Shown piece by piece: positions 9,337 through 18,138 of a stretch of DNA of 64,000 nucleotides. The stretch comes from Candidatus Nomurabacteria bacterium RIFCSPHIGHO2_12_FULL_42_19. GTDB taxonomy: Bacteria; Patescibacteriota; Minisyncoccia; Phycocordibacterales; UBA9973. The position numbers were made by a program, and so were the translations under genes. The stretch is taken from positions 410 through 64,409 of the forward strand of contig MFUM01000001.1 in assembly GCA_001786955.1 (NCBI GenBank), given 5' to 3'. Every line of letters begins with the position of its first letter. Positions within the stretch are counted from its first letter, which is position 1. Below the pieces are notes generated by a model, which was not told the origin of the DNA, did not search any database, and worked only from the letters and a program-made list of their open reading frames with translations.

Positions 9337-10064
9337 TTTTAGGCGACGCTTTAAATGTTTTATCTAAACTAAAAACTAAGGTTGACGCTGTTATTGTTGA
9401 CCCACCATATAATACTGCAAATAAGAATACTAAAGTTTTAAAAGGCAGAAAGGCACGGTCCTCTGATTTTGGCAAATGGGACTATTTTACCCGTGATGAA
9501 TATTTAAATTTTACTGCGGAATGGATAAGACTTACTAAGCCAATTTTAAATGAAAATGGAAACCTTCTAATTTTTTCAAAGCTAGAATACATCAGTGATA
9601 TAAAGAGGATTTATGAAAAATTAGGTTTTAAACATCATGGTACGATGATTTGGCATAAAACTAATCCTGCCCCACAAATAAGAAAAAATGGTTTTCTATC
9701 CTCTTGCGAAGCTATTCTTTGGGCAACTAATGGTTTTGATAACAAAAAAATATCTTATACTTTTAATTTTTCAAAACAAAATGAAATGCATAATTTTATT
9801 CAAACTCCAATTTGTATGGGGCACGAAAGAACAGCTCATCCAACACAAAAACCGAAAAAAGTTTTATCTCATTTAATAAAAATTTTTACGAATGAAAAAG
9901 ACCTAATTTTAGATTGTTTTGCGGGTAGTGGTACACTTGCGGAAGCTGCCGACGAATTAAAAAGAAGCTCAATTAACATTGAAAATGATCCGGATTATTT
10001 TAAAATAATGAAAGAGCGTCTAAAAAAAATAAAAGGGGTAAGGAATTTAAAGTTAAAAAAATAA
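9318..10064 (+). CDS. DNA methyltransferase (beta-class, DPPY)
   Basis: VIVDPPYNTANKN then LDCFAGSGTLAEAA. Overlaps the upstream methyltransferase by 19 nt, indicating an operon. Confidence 0.8.
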   Translation: MPKHYLILGDALNVLSKLKTKVDAVIVDPPYNTANKNTKVLKGRKARSSDFGKWDYFTRDEYLNFTAEWIRLTKPILNENGNLLIFSKLEYISDIKRIYEKLGFKHHGTMIWHKTNPAPQIRKNGFLSSCEAILWATNGFDNKKISYTFNFSKQNEMHNFIQTPICMGHERTAHPTQKPKKVLSHLIKIFTNEKDLILDCFAGSGTLAEAADELKRSSINIENDPDYFKIMKERLKKIKGVRNLKLKK

Positions 10065-10067
10065 TAT

Positions 10068-11357
10068 TTACTTGAAAACAACAGGCAGCTCTAGAAATTT
10101 TTCTTTTTCCCATTTTGCCTGATAAACCTTTCTAATTCCATTATCTATACAAAGAAACACATCTGGTACACGATCTCCATTAAGCACTTTTTGTGATTTA
10201 AATAATTGAAAAACCTTAGATGCATCCCACGGCTCTTCCGCAAAAATCCATACATTTTTAAATGCATTGTTGTTTTGGTGGCCATGATTAAAATAAGAAG
10301 ACCATGTGTGCTCAAGCTCAACTTTTTGTTTTGTTCCACCAGAAAAAATGAGCTCAATATCAGGACCAGATGATCCTATTTGCACAACATCTATTACATC
10401 CTTACCATTAATTCTAAATTTTTTGCTCCAATCTAAAAATAAATTTATAAAACTATTAGATTCATTCTCCTTTCTTACTTCTAATTCAGTTTCCTGCTCA
10501 CAAAATTTTTCTTTCAATTCTTTCCACGAATAAGCAAGTCTAGCTACTTCATTCCCATATTGATCTGAAAATTCTTCAATTGCATTTTCTAAACTATAGA
10601 CTTTATAGGTATTTCCATTTTTGTCTTTACACTCTTTAGTTACATTATTGAACTCTAGAAATAATGGTTCGTGTAAAAATAAATCTTCTACTTTTATAAA
10701 GAAAAGTTCACCGAAAGGATTTTTCTTTATTGGAACTGCAAAGAAAATATGCATATTTTTCCTCTTGATCTTATTGCCCTCCCAATAACTTAATAGGTGA
10801 TATTCAAAGATGCCGCCTTTCAAAAAATTATTAAATAAAATTCTAAAAAGAAATTTATTATTTTCTGTTTTAAATACTGCATCTTTTGGAAAATCGTTGT
10901 CTCTTTTTATAGGTATAGATTTATTTCTATTTAGCCATTGTTTCACATGCGCTTGAGCTTCCCTAAGAGAATGCTGCTGATCTACTTTTTCTAACAAATC
11001 TTTTAAACCACTACTATTTGTCTTTACTGTGAAATCTTTTCCGAGAATGACTTCACCTTTTTGAATAGCATTTTTCAAACGAAAATCATTACCAAGACTA
11101 TAAGTGGCTATAATTCTAGACCCTCTTTTTACTAAACCCCTCAATGTTAAAATAGTAGATAAATTTCCTCTTAGGCCACCAAAGTTTGTATCTTCCAAAT
11201 ATTTATAATCTTTTTTAAATTTTTTAGCCCTAACCAATTCTTTATAATATTTATTAGCAAGTATTGCGATATCATTTGTATTAAAAAAATTTGTATTAAA
11301 GCGCGTAATTAATAAAAGCGTGAGGTACAATTTTTCATTTAATTTAATTAAATACAT
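10068..11357 (-). CDS. hypothetical 429-aa protein, candidate restriction endonuclease for the methyltransferase pair
   Basis: Convergent with the methyltransferases and separated by a 3-nt gap. C-terminal GSSGPDIELIFSGGTKQKVELEH is loosely PD-(D/E)xK-like. No firm motif. Confidence 0.35.
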   Translation of the reverse strand: MYLIKLNEKLYLTLLLITRFNTNFFNTNDIAILANKYYKELVRAKKFKKDYKYLEDTNFGGLRGNLSTILTLRGLVKRGSRIIATYSLGNDFRLKNAIQKGEVILGKDFTVKTNSSGLKDLLEKVDQQHSLREAQAHVKQWLNRNKSIPIKRDNDFPKDAVFKTENNKFLFRILFNNFLKGGIFEYHLLSYWEGNKIKRKNMHIFFAVPIKKNPFGELFFIKVEDLFLHEPLFLEFNNVTKECKDKNGNTYKVYSLENAIEEFSDQYGNEVARLAYSWKELKEKFCEQETELEVRKENESNSFINLFLDWSKKFRINGKDVIDVVQIGSSGPDIELIFSGGTKQKVELEHTWSSYFNHGHQNNNAFKNVWIFAEEPWDASKVFQLFKSQKVLNGDRVPDVFLCIDNGIRKVYQAKWEKEKFLELPVVFK

Positions 11358-11440
11358 AAATTATTTTTAAATAAGTTTTTTATAAACTCTATTTTTTCCA
11401 ATCCTTCCTCCTTCGCATAAAGCTACGGAAGGACACGTAA

Positions 11441-11629
11441 TCACTTCCCCCGTTTCGGTTTCCAGTCGCTAATAATAATTTTACTTCCTTTTTGCCTGAC
11501 GATGACTTTCTGCTTCTCCTTCCATTTGAGTTTCCGGACAAGGTCTTTCGGCAAAGTAACAGCCAGGGAGGCCTGCCCCACTTTCGTTAACTTTCTTATA
11601 TTGCTACTGCCTGATTTAGTGATTCCCAT
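11441..11629 (-). CDS. AbrB/MazE-type swapped-hairpin DNA-binding protein
   Basis: 62 aa. GQASLAVTLPKDLVRKLKW resembles the AbrB/SpoVT fold. A palindromic site lies immediately upstream. Confidence 0.55.
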   Translation of the reverse strand: MGITKSGSSNIRKLTKVGQASLAVTLPKDLVRKLKWKEKQKVIVRQKGSKIIISDWKPKRGK

Positions 11630-11641
11630 GATAAGTATTCG

Positions 11642-11665
11642 ATTACGTATTCGTATACGTATAAT
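11642..11665. promoter_or_regulatory. ATTACGTATTCGTATACGTATAAT operator-like near-palindrome upstream of the AbrB-like gene
   Basis: Shares ATACGTATTCG(A/T)ATACGTATA with 5552-5588. Confidence 0.45.
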
Positions 11666-11833
11666 ACTCTCAATCAGGCGATTTGTAAATTAAGACGCTT
11701 TAAAATAAGCTTTTTCTTCCATTTTTAGTAATCCACAGGCGCTTGCTTGTTGTACTAAAATTTGCTATATTGTGTATATCCTTACGAAAAAGACCCTGAT
11801 GTGGTTTCGTCCACATTGGGGGCTTTTTCTTTT

Positions 11834-12331
11834 CTACTTCTTTCTGTATTCAAGTATATTATGTTGTTCAGAAATATAGGCAATTTTTACTCCCGTCCTT
11901 TTTAAAAGGACGGAGCATTTTTTTGTATCATAGGGCGACAAAATAGTTTCTATTTTATTCTTACTAATCAAAAACTTAACAAGCGGTGAAAAATCCCCGT
12001 CGCTTGAGACTAAAACTGCTTTTGAAAACTTTTCCTCATAAGCATCTTGCATAGCACGAACAACAATATCTGCATCGCAGTTGCCCTTTGCCTTGCCTTC
12101 ACCGTCAAAAATTACTTCTTTAAAAACAAGCGTATATCCGTATTCCTGTAGGCGCGTGTACAAATCTTTGTACTTAGGAACAAGACCAAGAAAAATATAT
12201 GCCTGTTCTACCCCATATTTTTCACGAAGCCATATGCGAAAGCGTTTATAATCAAATTTCCAACTAAGGCTTTCTGTACCCTTATGCAGATTGGCTCCAT
12301 CTATGTATGCAAAGTTATTTTTGGGTTCCAT
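11834..12331 (-). CDS. NYN (LabA-like/PIN-like) domain protein
   Basis: AYIDGANL, DADIVV and LVSSDGDF acidic motifs spaced as in NYN nucleases. Confidence 0.7.
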   Translation of the reverse strand: MEPKNNFAYIDGANLHKGTESLSWKFDYKRFRIWLREKYGVEQAYIFLGLVPKYKDLYTRLQEYGYTLVFKEVIFDGEGKAKGNCDADIVVRAMQDAYEEKFSKAVLVSSDGDFSPLVKFLISKNKIETILSPYDTKKCSVLLKRTGVKIAYISEQHNILEYRKK

Positions 12332-12358
12332 TTACTAATTTTAACAAATAATTACTAC

Positions 12359-12616
12359 TCAATCCACCCTATTTTTATTAATTAACTCCAACTTATGTAC
12401 CCTCTTTAACGATTTAATCCTCGCCTCCTCGCGGGAGGCGGCGGAGCGATTGCGGAAACGCCTGGAATACACCAATTTCACCGGCCGGCGGGAACGCGTA
12501 TACCTCGCGCCCAGTTTCCCGCTATTGTGCTCAATAATTCTCCGCTTCAAATCGGTAGTAATACCTGTGTATAGGGTCTTGTCCGCACATTTTAATATGT
12601 AAAGGTGGTATATCAT
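12359..12616 (-). CDS. GIY-YIG nuclease family protein (YhbQ/UPF0213-like)
   Basis: YHLYILKCADKTLYTGITTDLKRRIIEHN matches the GIY-x10-YIG...R...E...N pattern. Confidence 0.8.
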   Translation of the reverse strand: MIYHLYILKCADKTLYTGITTDLKRRIIEHNSGKLGARYTRSRRPVKLVYSRRFRNRSAASREEARIKSLKRVHKLELINKNRVD

Positions 12617-12619
12617 TAT

Positions 12620-13567
12620 TTAAGGATATACGGCCTTTAGCTCTTCAGAAAGATTATCTTTTATACCGCGAGTCACTTCGTTCCCGAATTCTTCAAACTC
12701 CGCAACCATCAAACGAAGTTCCAGTTTAATGCCCGCCTCGTCTCTACGGACTTCTTCAACATCACAAAACCGGGTGACCGGATTTTCAAGATTTGAATTA
12801 ACAATAATAATATTCAAGGAATTGGAATCTCTTGGCACTCCCCCAAACTCGTTTAAACAATTAGCGAACATTTTGCCTACCGCATATGCCAATTTTTTCA
12901 TCGCCGCCTCGCCATGGGTCTCCTTTGAGAGTTCAATATCGGCAGTAACATTGCCCAGAACTTCCCCTGGAATGAATTCCTTGCAGATCAAGCCCTTAAA
13001 CTTTCCATCCACCGAATCCTCGATTGTCTTATAACCCAAAAATCTTTGCACGGCCCACGCCTTGCCCGTATCAATATTTGATAACGCTTGTGACTCTTGG
13101 AATGACGGACTTTGATGGATATCATGGGTAGCATGTTTGTCGATACTGACCGTAACCGAAAACTCTTTTTCATCTTTCAATACCAATGTTATCAAATCCA
13201 CATTACGCTTAGTTCCCAAATCAAGGTCAATATCCTGCAACTCAAAACTCTCCACCATGACTTTCTGGACATCCTCTATATCTATATAATTTTCCCTGAC
13301 AATTTGGCCCAACAACGATTCCCGGTCTTCCGATGCTCTCAATACCAAAGTCCCGAGTACTTCGTAGTGATATTGGGATTCCGGTTCCTCGGGGTCAATG
13401 CCCACAAATTCAACTTTTTTTAGAATTTGTTTTTCGAATTTACCGACATCTTGCCTAAGTTCTATGAGCAGTCGCGCGGAAATCCTTTGTTCAAGAATTT
13501 GTGTTTGCGTCAATTTTTGCTCTTGTCTGAGACTTTGTCTAGGCCCCATACCCATTCCCATTTTCAT
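12620..13567 (-). CDS. hypothetical protein (start uncertain)
   Basis: The ORF runs to 13648, but its 5' end overlaps the upstream gene, so the likely start is at the MKMGMGMG run. No motif recognised. Confidence 0.4.
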   Translation of the reverse strand: MKMGMGMGPRQSLRQEQKLTQTQILEQRISARLLIELRQDVGKFEKQILKKVEFVGIDPEEPESQYHYEVLGTLVLRASEDRESLLGQIVRENYIDIEDVQKVMVESFELQDIDLDLGTKRNVDLITLVLKDEKEFSVTVSIDKHATHDIHQSPSFQESQALSNIDTGKAWAVQRFLGYKTIEDSVDGKFKGLICKEFIPGEVLGNVTADIELSKETHGEAAMKKLAYAVGKMFANCLNEFGGVPRDSNSLNIIIVNSNLENPVTRFCDVEEVRRDEAGIKLELRLMVAEFEEFGNEVTRGIKDNLSEELKAVYP

Positions 13568-13602
13568 ATATTCTTTGATTTTACTCCCCCATACCCCCAA
13601 AC

Positions 13603-14217
13603 TCAAACCACCTTTGTAACATTCCAAACCCGGCCGAAATGGGTCCATCTTTCTTTAATTTCATTTTTTGAAATTTTCATCATATTCATATTCTTTCCAT
13701 CAACACTCTCGTATTGAACAGGGGCTCGGATTGTATCAAAAACACAAAGGCTTTCAGCGTCATAGCCATAGACGAATAAAACATGGTCAAGCAGACCTCC
13801 ATAGCCAATAGAAATATCTACTCCAGCCACCTCATTCCTGTCGATTATTTTTTCAATGTCTAAAATTGCCTTTTCGTAAGTAGTCCGACTGAAAAGATTT
13901 GCCCGAACAAAATCAAAAAAAGAATTTATTTTTCGGTCATTAATAATAAGCCGTAATCCTAATTTTTTAAAATATTTCGGCACTCTTAAGAATTGAATCT
14001 GCATCCAAGACAAATATGAAGGAACAGAAATTCCAAAATGTCCCTGATGTTCCAAGTCATAAGCTGTTAATTTATTCAATCCAAATTTTGTCGGAAAATA
14101 GAAAGCCAAGGCGTAAAAAAGGAAATCCCGCCCGCAACGATTTTTCACCGTTCTGTCATTAACTTTTTCTCTCTCATAAAAAGGAAAAATTTCTAAATCA
14201 ATGGGTAAATTTTTCAT
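13603..14217 (-). CDS. hypothetical protein, possible papain-like (Cys/His) peptidase fold
   Basis: CGRDFLFYAL then GHF then LLDHVLFVYGYD has Cys...His...Asp spacing like C39/BtrH-like peptidases. Weak. Confidence 0.35.
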   Translation of the reverse strand: MKNLPIDLEIFPFYEREKVNDRTVKNRCGRDFLFYALAFYFPTKFGLNKLTAYDLEHQGHFGISVPSYLSWMQIQFLRVPKYFKKLGLRLIINDRKINSFFDFVRANLFSRTTYEKAILDIEKIIDRNEVAGVDISIGYGGLLDHVLFVYGYDAESLCVFDTIRAPVQYESVDGKNMNMMKISKNEIKERWTHFGRVWNVTKVV

Positions 14218-14746
14218 AAAATTTTATAAGGTTGGTTATGTGTTCATCGATGTTCACGCCCAAGGCTTCACAGCCTCGGTAGATAGTCTCCCGCTCAATC
14301 TTGGCGGCGAAACTTTTCTCCGCCAGACGTTTCTTGATAGAACTCAATTTCATTTCTCCATAAGGAATAGGATTTAATTTGCGGTAAGCGTAGAAAATGC
14401 CGGAGATTTCATCACAAGCCATCAGGGCGGCGGCAAGCGGGGTGTCCGGGAGTGTAGTATACCCGTTATAGCCGTAAGCATGCGCTTCCACCGCATGAAT
14501 TAATTCTTCCGGAAAATTCCATTCTTTAAACCACCTTAGAGATTCCCTCGGATGGACATCCGGATATTCTTCAAAATCAATATCATGAAGCAATCCAGTT
14601 ATATACCACAAATCAGCATTTTCATTATAAACTTTCGCATAGCCTTCCATCGCAGTTGCCACCATCCGGACATGGTATCTCTGATATTCGTCTTTGACAT
14701 GCTTTTCCAGAAGCGCCTGCGCTTCTTCTTTTGTCGGCAAGGGCAT
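14198..14746 (-). CDS. HD-domain phosphohydrolase
   Basis: H..H then GLLHDID then H...D metal-binding pattern. Confidence 0.7.
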   Translation of the reverse strand: MPLPTKEEAQALLEKHVKDEYQRYHVRMVATAMEGYAKVYNENADLWYITGLLHDIDFEEYPDVHPRESLRWFKEWNFPEELIHAVEAHAYGYNGYTTLPDTPLAAALMACDEISGIFYAYRKLNPIPYGEMKLSSIKKRLAEKSFAAKIERETIYRGCEALGVNIDEHITNLIKFYEKFTH

Positions 14747-14814
14747 AATATGATTATACTATTTTCCTCTCGGAAAAATATATAGAAGGCATAAATTTTT
14801 CCGGCTTTGCCGGT

Positions 14815-15807
14815 TTACCCGAGGATGTCTTCAATAGAACTGCCTTTTTTGTAGATTGCGATTTCGCCATCATGGTTTTTCCAAGAATTCTGAATGTCTT
14901 CAAGTATCCTCCAGCTTTCCAGAACTTCACCGCTACTGATGAATAAATCGCATTCTCCCTTTATTGCGGCACGAATGACCCGTTCGTAGGCATCGGTTTC
15001 GTGCTCTATATTAAAAACTTTTTGGCTTCCGGATTTCACATCAATTTCAATCCGGGTAAGCTTTTCTTTGAGCGCCTTTCCAGTAGTTAAACTTATCGGT
15101 ATATTATCCGAAATCAGATTTACTGATACAAAGGTTTCGGTCATGCTGTTCATGTTTTGCACTTCTTCCCGGTAGCCCTCATACTGCGCTCTTTTGACAC
15201 ATTCGTTTTTTGTTATATCGCACACAACCGCCATATTTTTCAAGGCCAGGTGGCGTTTTTTTTGGTCCAAACTCCCGGAGATAACCACACTGGCCATTTC
15301 AAGCAGATGGCTCTGCACGAAATCCTTTAAAGCTCCGACTTGTTCGTAGAAATTAACGCGTCCCTCTATCCCGATTTTTTCACTGGCTATAATTTTTATA
15401 GATTTAATATTTTTCGCGTCTAAATTCCCCTGGAGGACATTCTGAAAGGATTTTTTGGCCAAGTAATGATCCACCCGGTAAATCTGGTCCTCGGAGAAAT
15501 ATTTATCTATATGCTCCACCAGGAGTTGCGCTGATTTTAAATCTTTACCGAACGGCTTTTCTAAAAGAATTTTAATATTATCTTTCCCAAAATTTTTACT
15601 AATGAGCTCTACCGCTTCCGGAACACTCTGGGGCGGGATAGCCAAGTGAAATATCTTTTCGCTTCCTGCCGGTATTAAATTTTTTAAATCGGCGTAGTCT
15701 TTGCGTGAGACCTTTATCACATCAACATTTATTTTCTCCAAGGCAGGCAACAAATATCTTTTTGATAGGTCTCCGGACGCGCCAAAAATTATATATTTAG
15801 TTTCCAT
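14815..15807 (-). CDS. zwf: glucose-6-phosphate dehydrogenase-like, short form
   Basis: FGASGDLSKRYLLPAL (NADP-binding) and RVDHYLAKK (Zwf active-site motif). Only 330 aa against about 490 typical. Confidence 0.6.
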   Translation of the reverse strand: METKYIIFGASGDLSKRYLLPALEKINVDVIKVSRKDYADLKNLIPAGSEKIFHLAIPPQSVPEAVELISKNFGKDNIKILLEKPFGKDLKSAQLLVEHIDKYFSEDQIYRVDHYLAKKSFQNVLQGNLDAKNIKSIKIIASEKIGIEGRVNFYEQVGALKDFVQSHLLEMASVVISGSLDQKKRHLALKNMAVVCDITKNECVKRAQYEGYREEVQNMNSMTETFVSVNLISDNIPISLTTGKALKEKLTRIEIDVKSGSQKVFNIEHETDAYERVIRAAIKGECDLFISSGEVLESWRILEDIQNSWKNHDGEIAIYKKGSSIEDILG

Positions 15808-16702
15808 TTATTTTGTGCCCGCCGAAAGCGTTGCGCATCAGGGCGAGCAGCTTAGTGGCAAAATTAATCGCGCCTTTTTGGGACGCCAGCCGCACATCAA
15901 AAGCGGCCCGGATGGAAGGAGTTTCTATTTTAAAGTCCTGCGCCGTTTCAAGCGCCCAACGCGCTTCGCCGGACTCGGCCACAAACCCTTCAATGCCTTG
16001 AAGCTCCGGATTTTCTTTAAGAGCGTCCCGGGTGAGTTCGTTCAGCCAGGAAGTCACCACACTTCTGTGCTGCCAAACATCTCCGGCCGCCACCAAGTCA
16101 ATGTCTTTGTAGGGCCCTTCTTTAAGAAGCCGGTAGCCTTCGGCCAGCGATTCCATCATGCCGTATTCAATGGCATTGTGCGTCATTTTGATAAAATGCC
16201 CCGCCCCGCTTTCGCCGAAACGGTGAAAGGCGCCGCCGGGAAGAGACAGCGTTTTTAAGAATGGAATAATTTTTTCATAGGATTCCTGTCCGCCACCCGC
16301 CATCATGGAAAATCCGTTTTTATAGCCCCAGATTCCCCCGCTCGTTCCAACATCAAGAAGGACCGAGCCGGCTTCAAGAACTTTCCGGGCGCGCTCCCGC
16401 GTAAGCCGGAAATCTGAATTGCCCCCGTCAATCAAAATGCTCCCTTTCGGAATTATCTGAAGCCAGGCCCGGAGTTCCTCTTCCATAATTTCCGAAGGCA
16501 ACATGAGCCAGATTATCACCGGCTCCGCGCCGAAAGCGACAACTGTTTCTTCTTTGGTATAAGCCCCCTTCATACCCTTTTTTTCGGCTTCGTCTATTTT
16601 TTCCCGCGTCTTGGTGTGGGCAATAACTTTGAAACCGCCCTCTTGGAGCTTCCTGGCAATTTGCTCTCCCATTTTTCCCAAACCAACGACTGCTATTTTC
16701 AT
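15797..16702 (-). CDS. gnd: 6-phosphogluconate dehydrogenase (decarboxylating), short form
   Basis: MKIAVVGLGKMGEQIA Rossmann motif and GAGHFIKMTHNAIEYGMMESLAEGY. Confidence 0.75.
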   Translation of the reverse strand: MKIAVVGLGKMGEQIARKLQEGGFKVIAHTKTREKIDEAEKKGMKGAYTKEETVVAFGAEPVIIWLMLPSEIMEEELRAWLQIIPKGSILIDGGNSDFRLTRERARKVLEAGSVLLDVGTSGGIWGYKNGFSMMAGGGQESYEKIIPFLKTLSLPGGAFHRFGESGAGHFIKMTHNAIEYGMMESLAEGYRLLKEGPYKDIDLVAAGDVWQHRSVVTSWLNELTRDALKENPELQGIEGFVAESGEARWALETAQDFKIETPSIRAAFDVRLASQKGAINFATKLLALMRNAFGGHKINGN

Positions 16703-17370
16703 TTTGTTTTGTAATTTGTAAAAATTTTTAATAATGGAACTTTTTTCAAAATTTGCGCGGGTTGTTCGTGTATATCCAAATCATTTTTTTCCAAATCTTC
16801 CACAACCTTCCACTTTTCTTTACCCTGCGCGAAAGCGACCGCTTCATCCAACTTTACTATAGTTTTCGGCGTTATGGTAATGCGCTCAAACGTCCCGGCA
16901 TCATAAGCGACGCTCCACCCCATGGCATTAACCGCCACACTCCGGGGCAGGACACCGGCAGTATGGCCATCGGCTCCTATTCCGAACAATCCGATTTTAT
17001 ATTCCGCGGCGCGGAGCTCATTTTCAAGCATGTTATTGAATTTTTTATTGGCGGCTTCCCTATCCTCTCCTTCCAAAATAGGCAGAAGTTTTGCCTCAGG
17101 CAGGCTGAAACCCTTCTCCAAAAGCTGCCGCCAGTTGGAGTCGGGATGGTTGGGCGGCCCGTAACGCTCATCGGTCAGCATAATGGTCAAATTTTGATGC
17201 GGGTGCGCCGATATTAATTTGGCTGCCTCCACGGCAACAGCGATGGAAGAACCGCCGGTCACAAACAAAAGCACGCGCTTGTTTAAACCCAGCTGGCGAA
17301 TGACGGATTCTGCTAAAAAGTCTGCCGCATCTTGTGCTTGAGTGGTAGTTTTGATGGAAATGGATTTCAT
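16699..17370 (-). CDS. pgl: 6-phosphogluconolactonase
   Basis: VLLFVTGGSSIA in the NagB/Pgl family, and operon context with gnd and zwf. Confidence 0.6.
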   Translation of the reverse strand: MKSISIKTTTQAQDAADFLAESVIRQLGLNKRVLLFVTGGSSIAVAVEAAKLISAHPHQNLTIMLTDERYGPPNHPDSNWRQLLEKGFSLPEAKLLPILEGEDREAANKKFNNMLENELRAAEYKIGLFGIGADGHTAGVLPRSVAVNAMGWSVAYDAGTFERITITPKTIVKLDEAVAFAQGKEKWKVVEDLEKNDLDIHEQPAQILKKVPLLKIFTNYKTK

Positions 17371-17453
17371 GGCTGATTATTCAATAACTATTAATTTGCT
17401 GGGGTGTTTGTGACCCCGCCGACGCCAAGGCTTTGGCGGGCAGGCATTTACAA

Positions 17454-17678
17454 TTAATCAATGACTATCAACTTACTGGGGTGTCTGTGTCCATTTACAA
17501 TCCTAACTTTACTCGAGGGGATTTTGAAATGCCCGGCTATAATTTCAAGCACACGCATATTGGCCAGGTTACGTTCGGCTTTCTGGCGGACGGAAATTTC
17601 AAAATGGTCTTCAGTTTTTTTCCTGAAAGATTCCTTTCCCGCCCCGGCCGTGACTTTTACGTGAATGTAAGCAGCCAA
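17454..17678 (-). CDS. DUF167 (YggU) family protein
   Basis: 74 aa. IHVKVTAGAGKESF...ISVRQKAERNLAN matches the YggU pattern. Confidence 0.5.
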   Translation of the reverse strand: MAAYIHVKVTAGAGKESFRKKTEDHFEISVRQKAERNLANMRVLEIIAGHFKIPSSKVRIVNGHRHPSKLIVID

Positions 17679-17688
17679 TTTAATTTAT

Positions 17689-18060
17689 TTATTTCAAGAA
17701 AAATAGATACAAGCCGATTATTACGGCTGCCAGGCCATAAATGCCGAACGTGTTTCGAAATTTTTTAACAGCTATTTCATTGAGCATCTGGGGAGCAAAA
17801 ATGTATGCCAGGCCTTTTAGCATAACCAGCCAGACAAAAAACGTTACGACGGTTTTCCAAGTCCCATCCCAGACATTATATTGGATGAGATACGTTGACG
17901 ACAAGAAAATCAAAATTACGCCGGTCAGATAAACAATGGCCGGATGGTCAAAAAAATCTTTAAGCAAATGCGGGACGGTCTTGCCTTTTAAAATAAGAAA
18001 CAAGCCGCTGACCACCAAATAGATTCCTAATATTTTTGCAACCAAAATTGTGATGTCCAT
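17689..18060 (-). CDS. hypothetical membrane protein
   Basis: Four predicted TM segments. Confidence 0.4.
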   Translation of the reverse strand: MDITILVAKILGIYLVVSGLFLILKGKTVPHLLKDFFDHPAIVYLTGVILIFLSSTYLIQYNVWDGTWKTVVTFFVWLVMLKGLAYIFAPQMLNEIAVKKFRNTFGIYGLAAVIIGLYLFFLK

Positions 18061-18138
18061 ATGATTTAACGAAAGATGCCGCGCAACGACGACAAAAGCG
18101 TGGCGTTAGTTACTAATAATAATTGAATTATAGCACAT

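Noticed and set aside
17380-17455. Imperfect 26-bp direct repeat (actattaatttgctggggtgtttgtg / actatcaacttactggggtgtctgtg) flanking a GC hairpin between yggU and pgl
   Set aside because: Probably promoter or terminator architecture of the pgl-gnd-zwf operon. Too short and diverged to interpret further without expression data.
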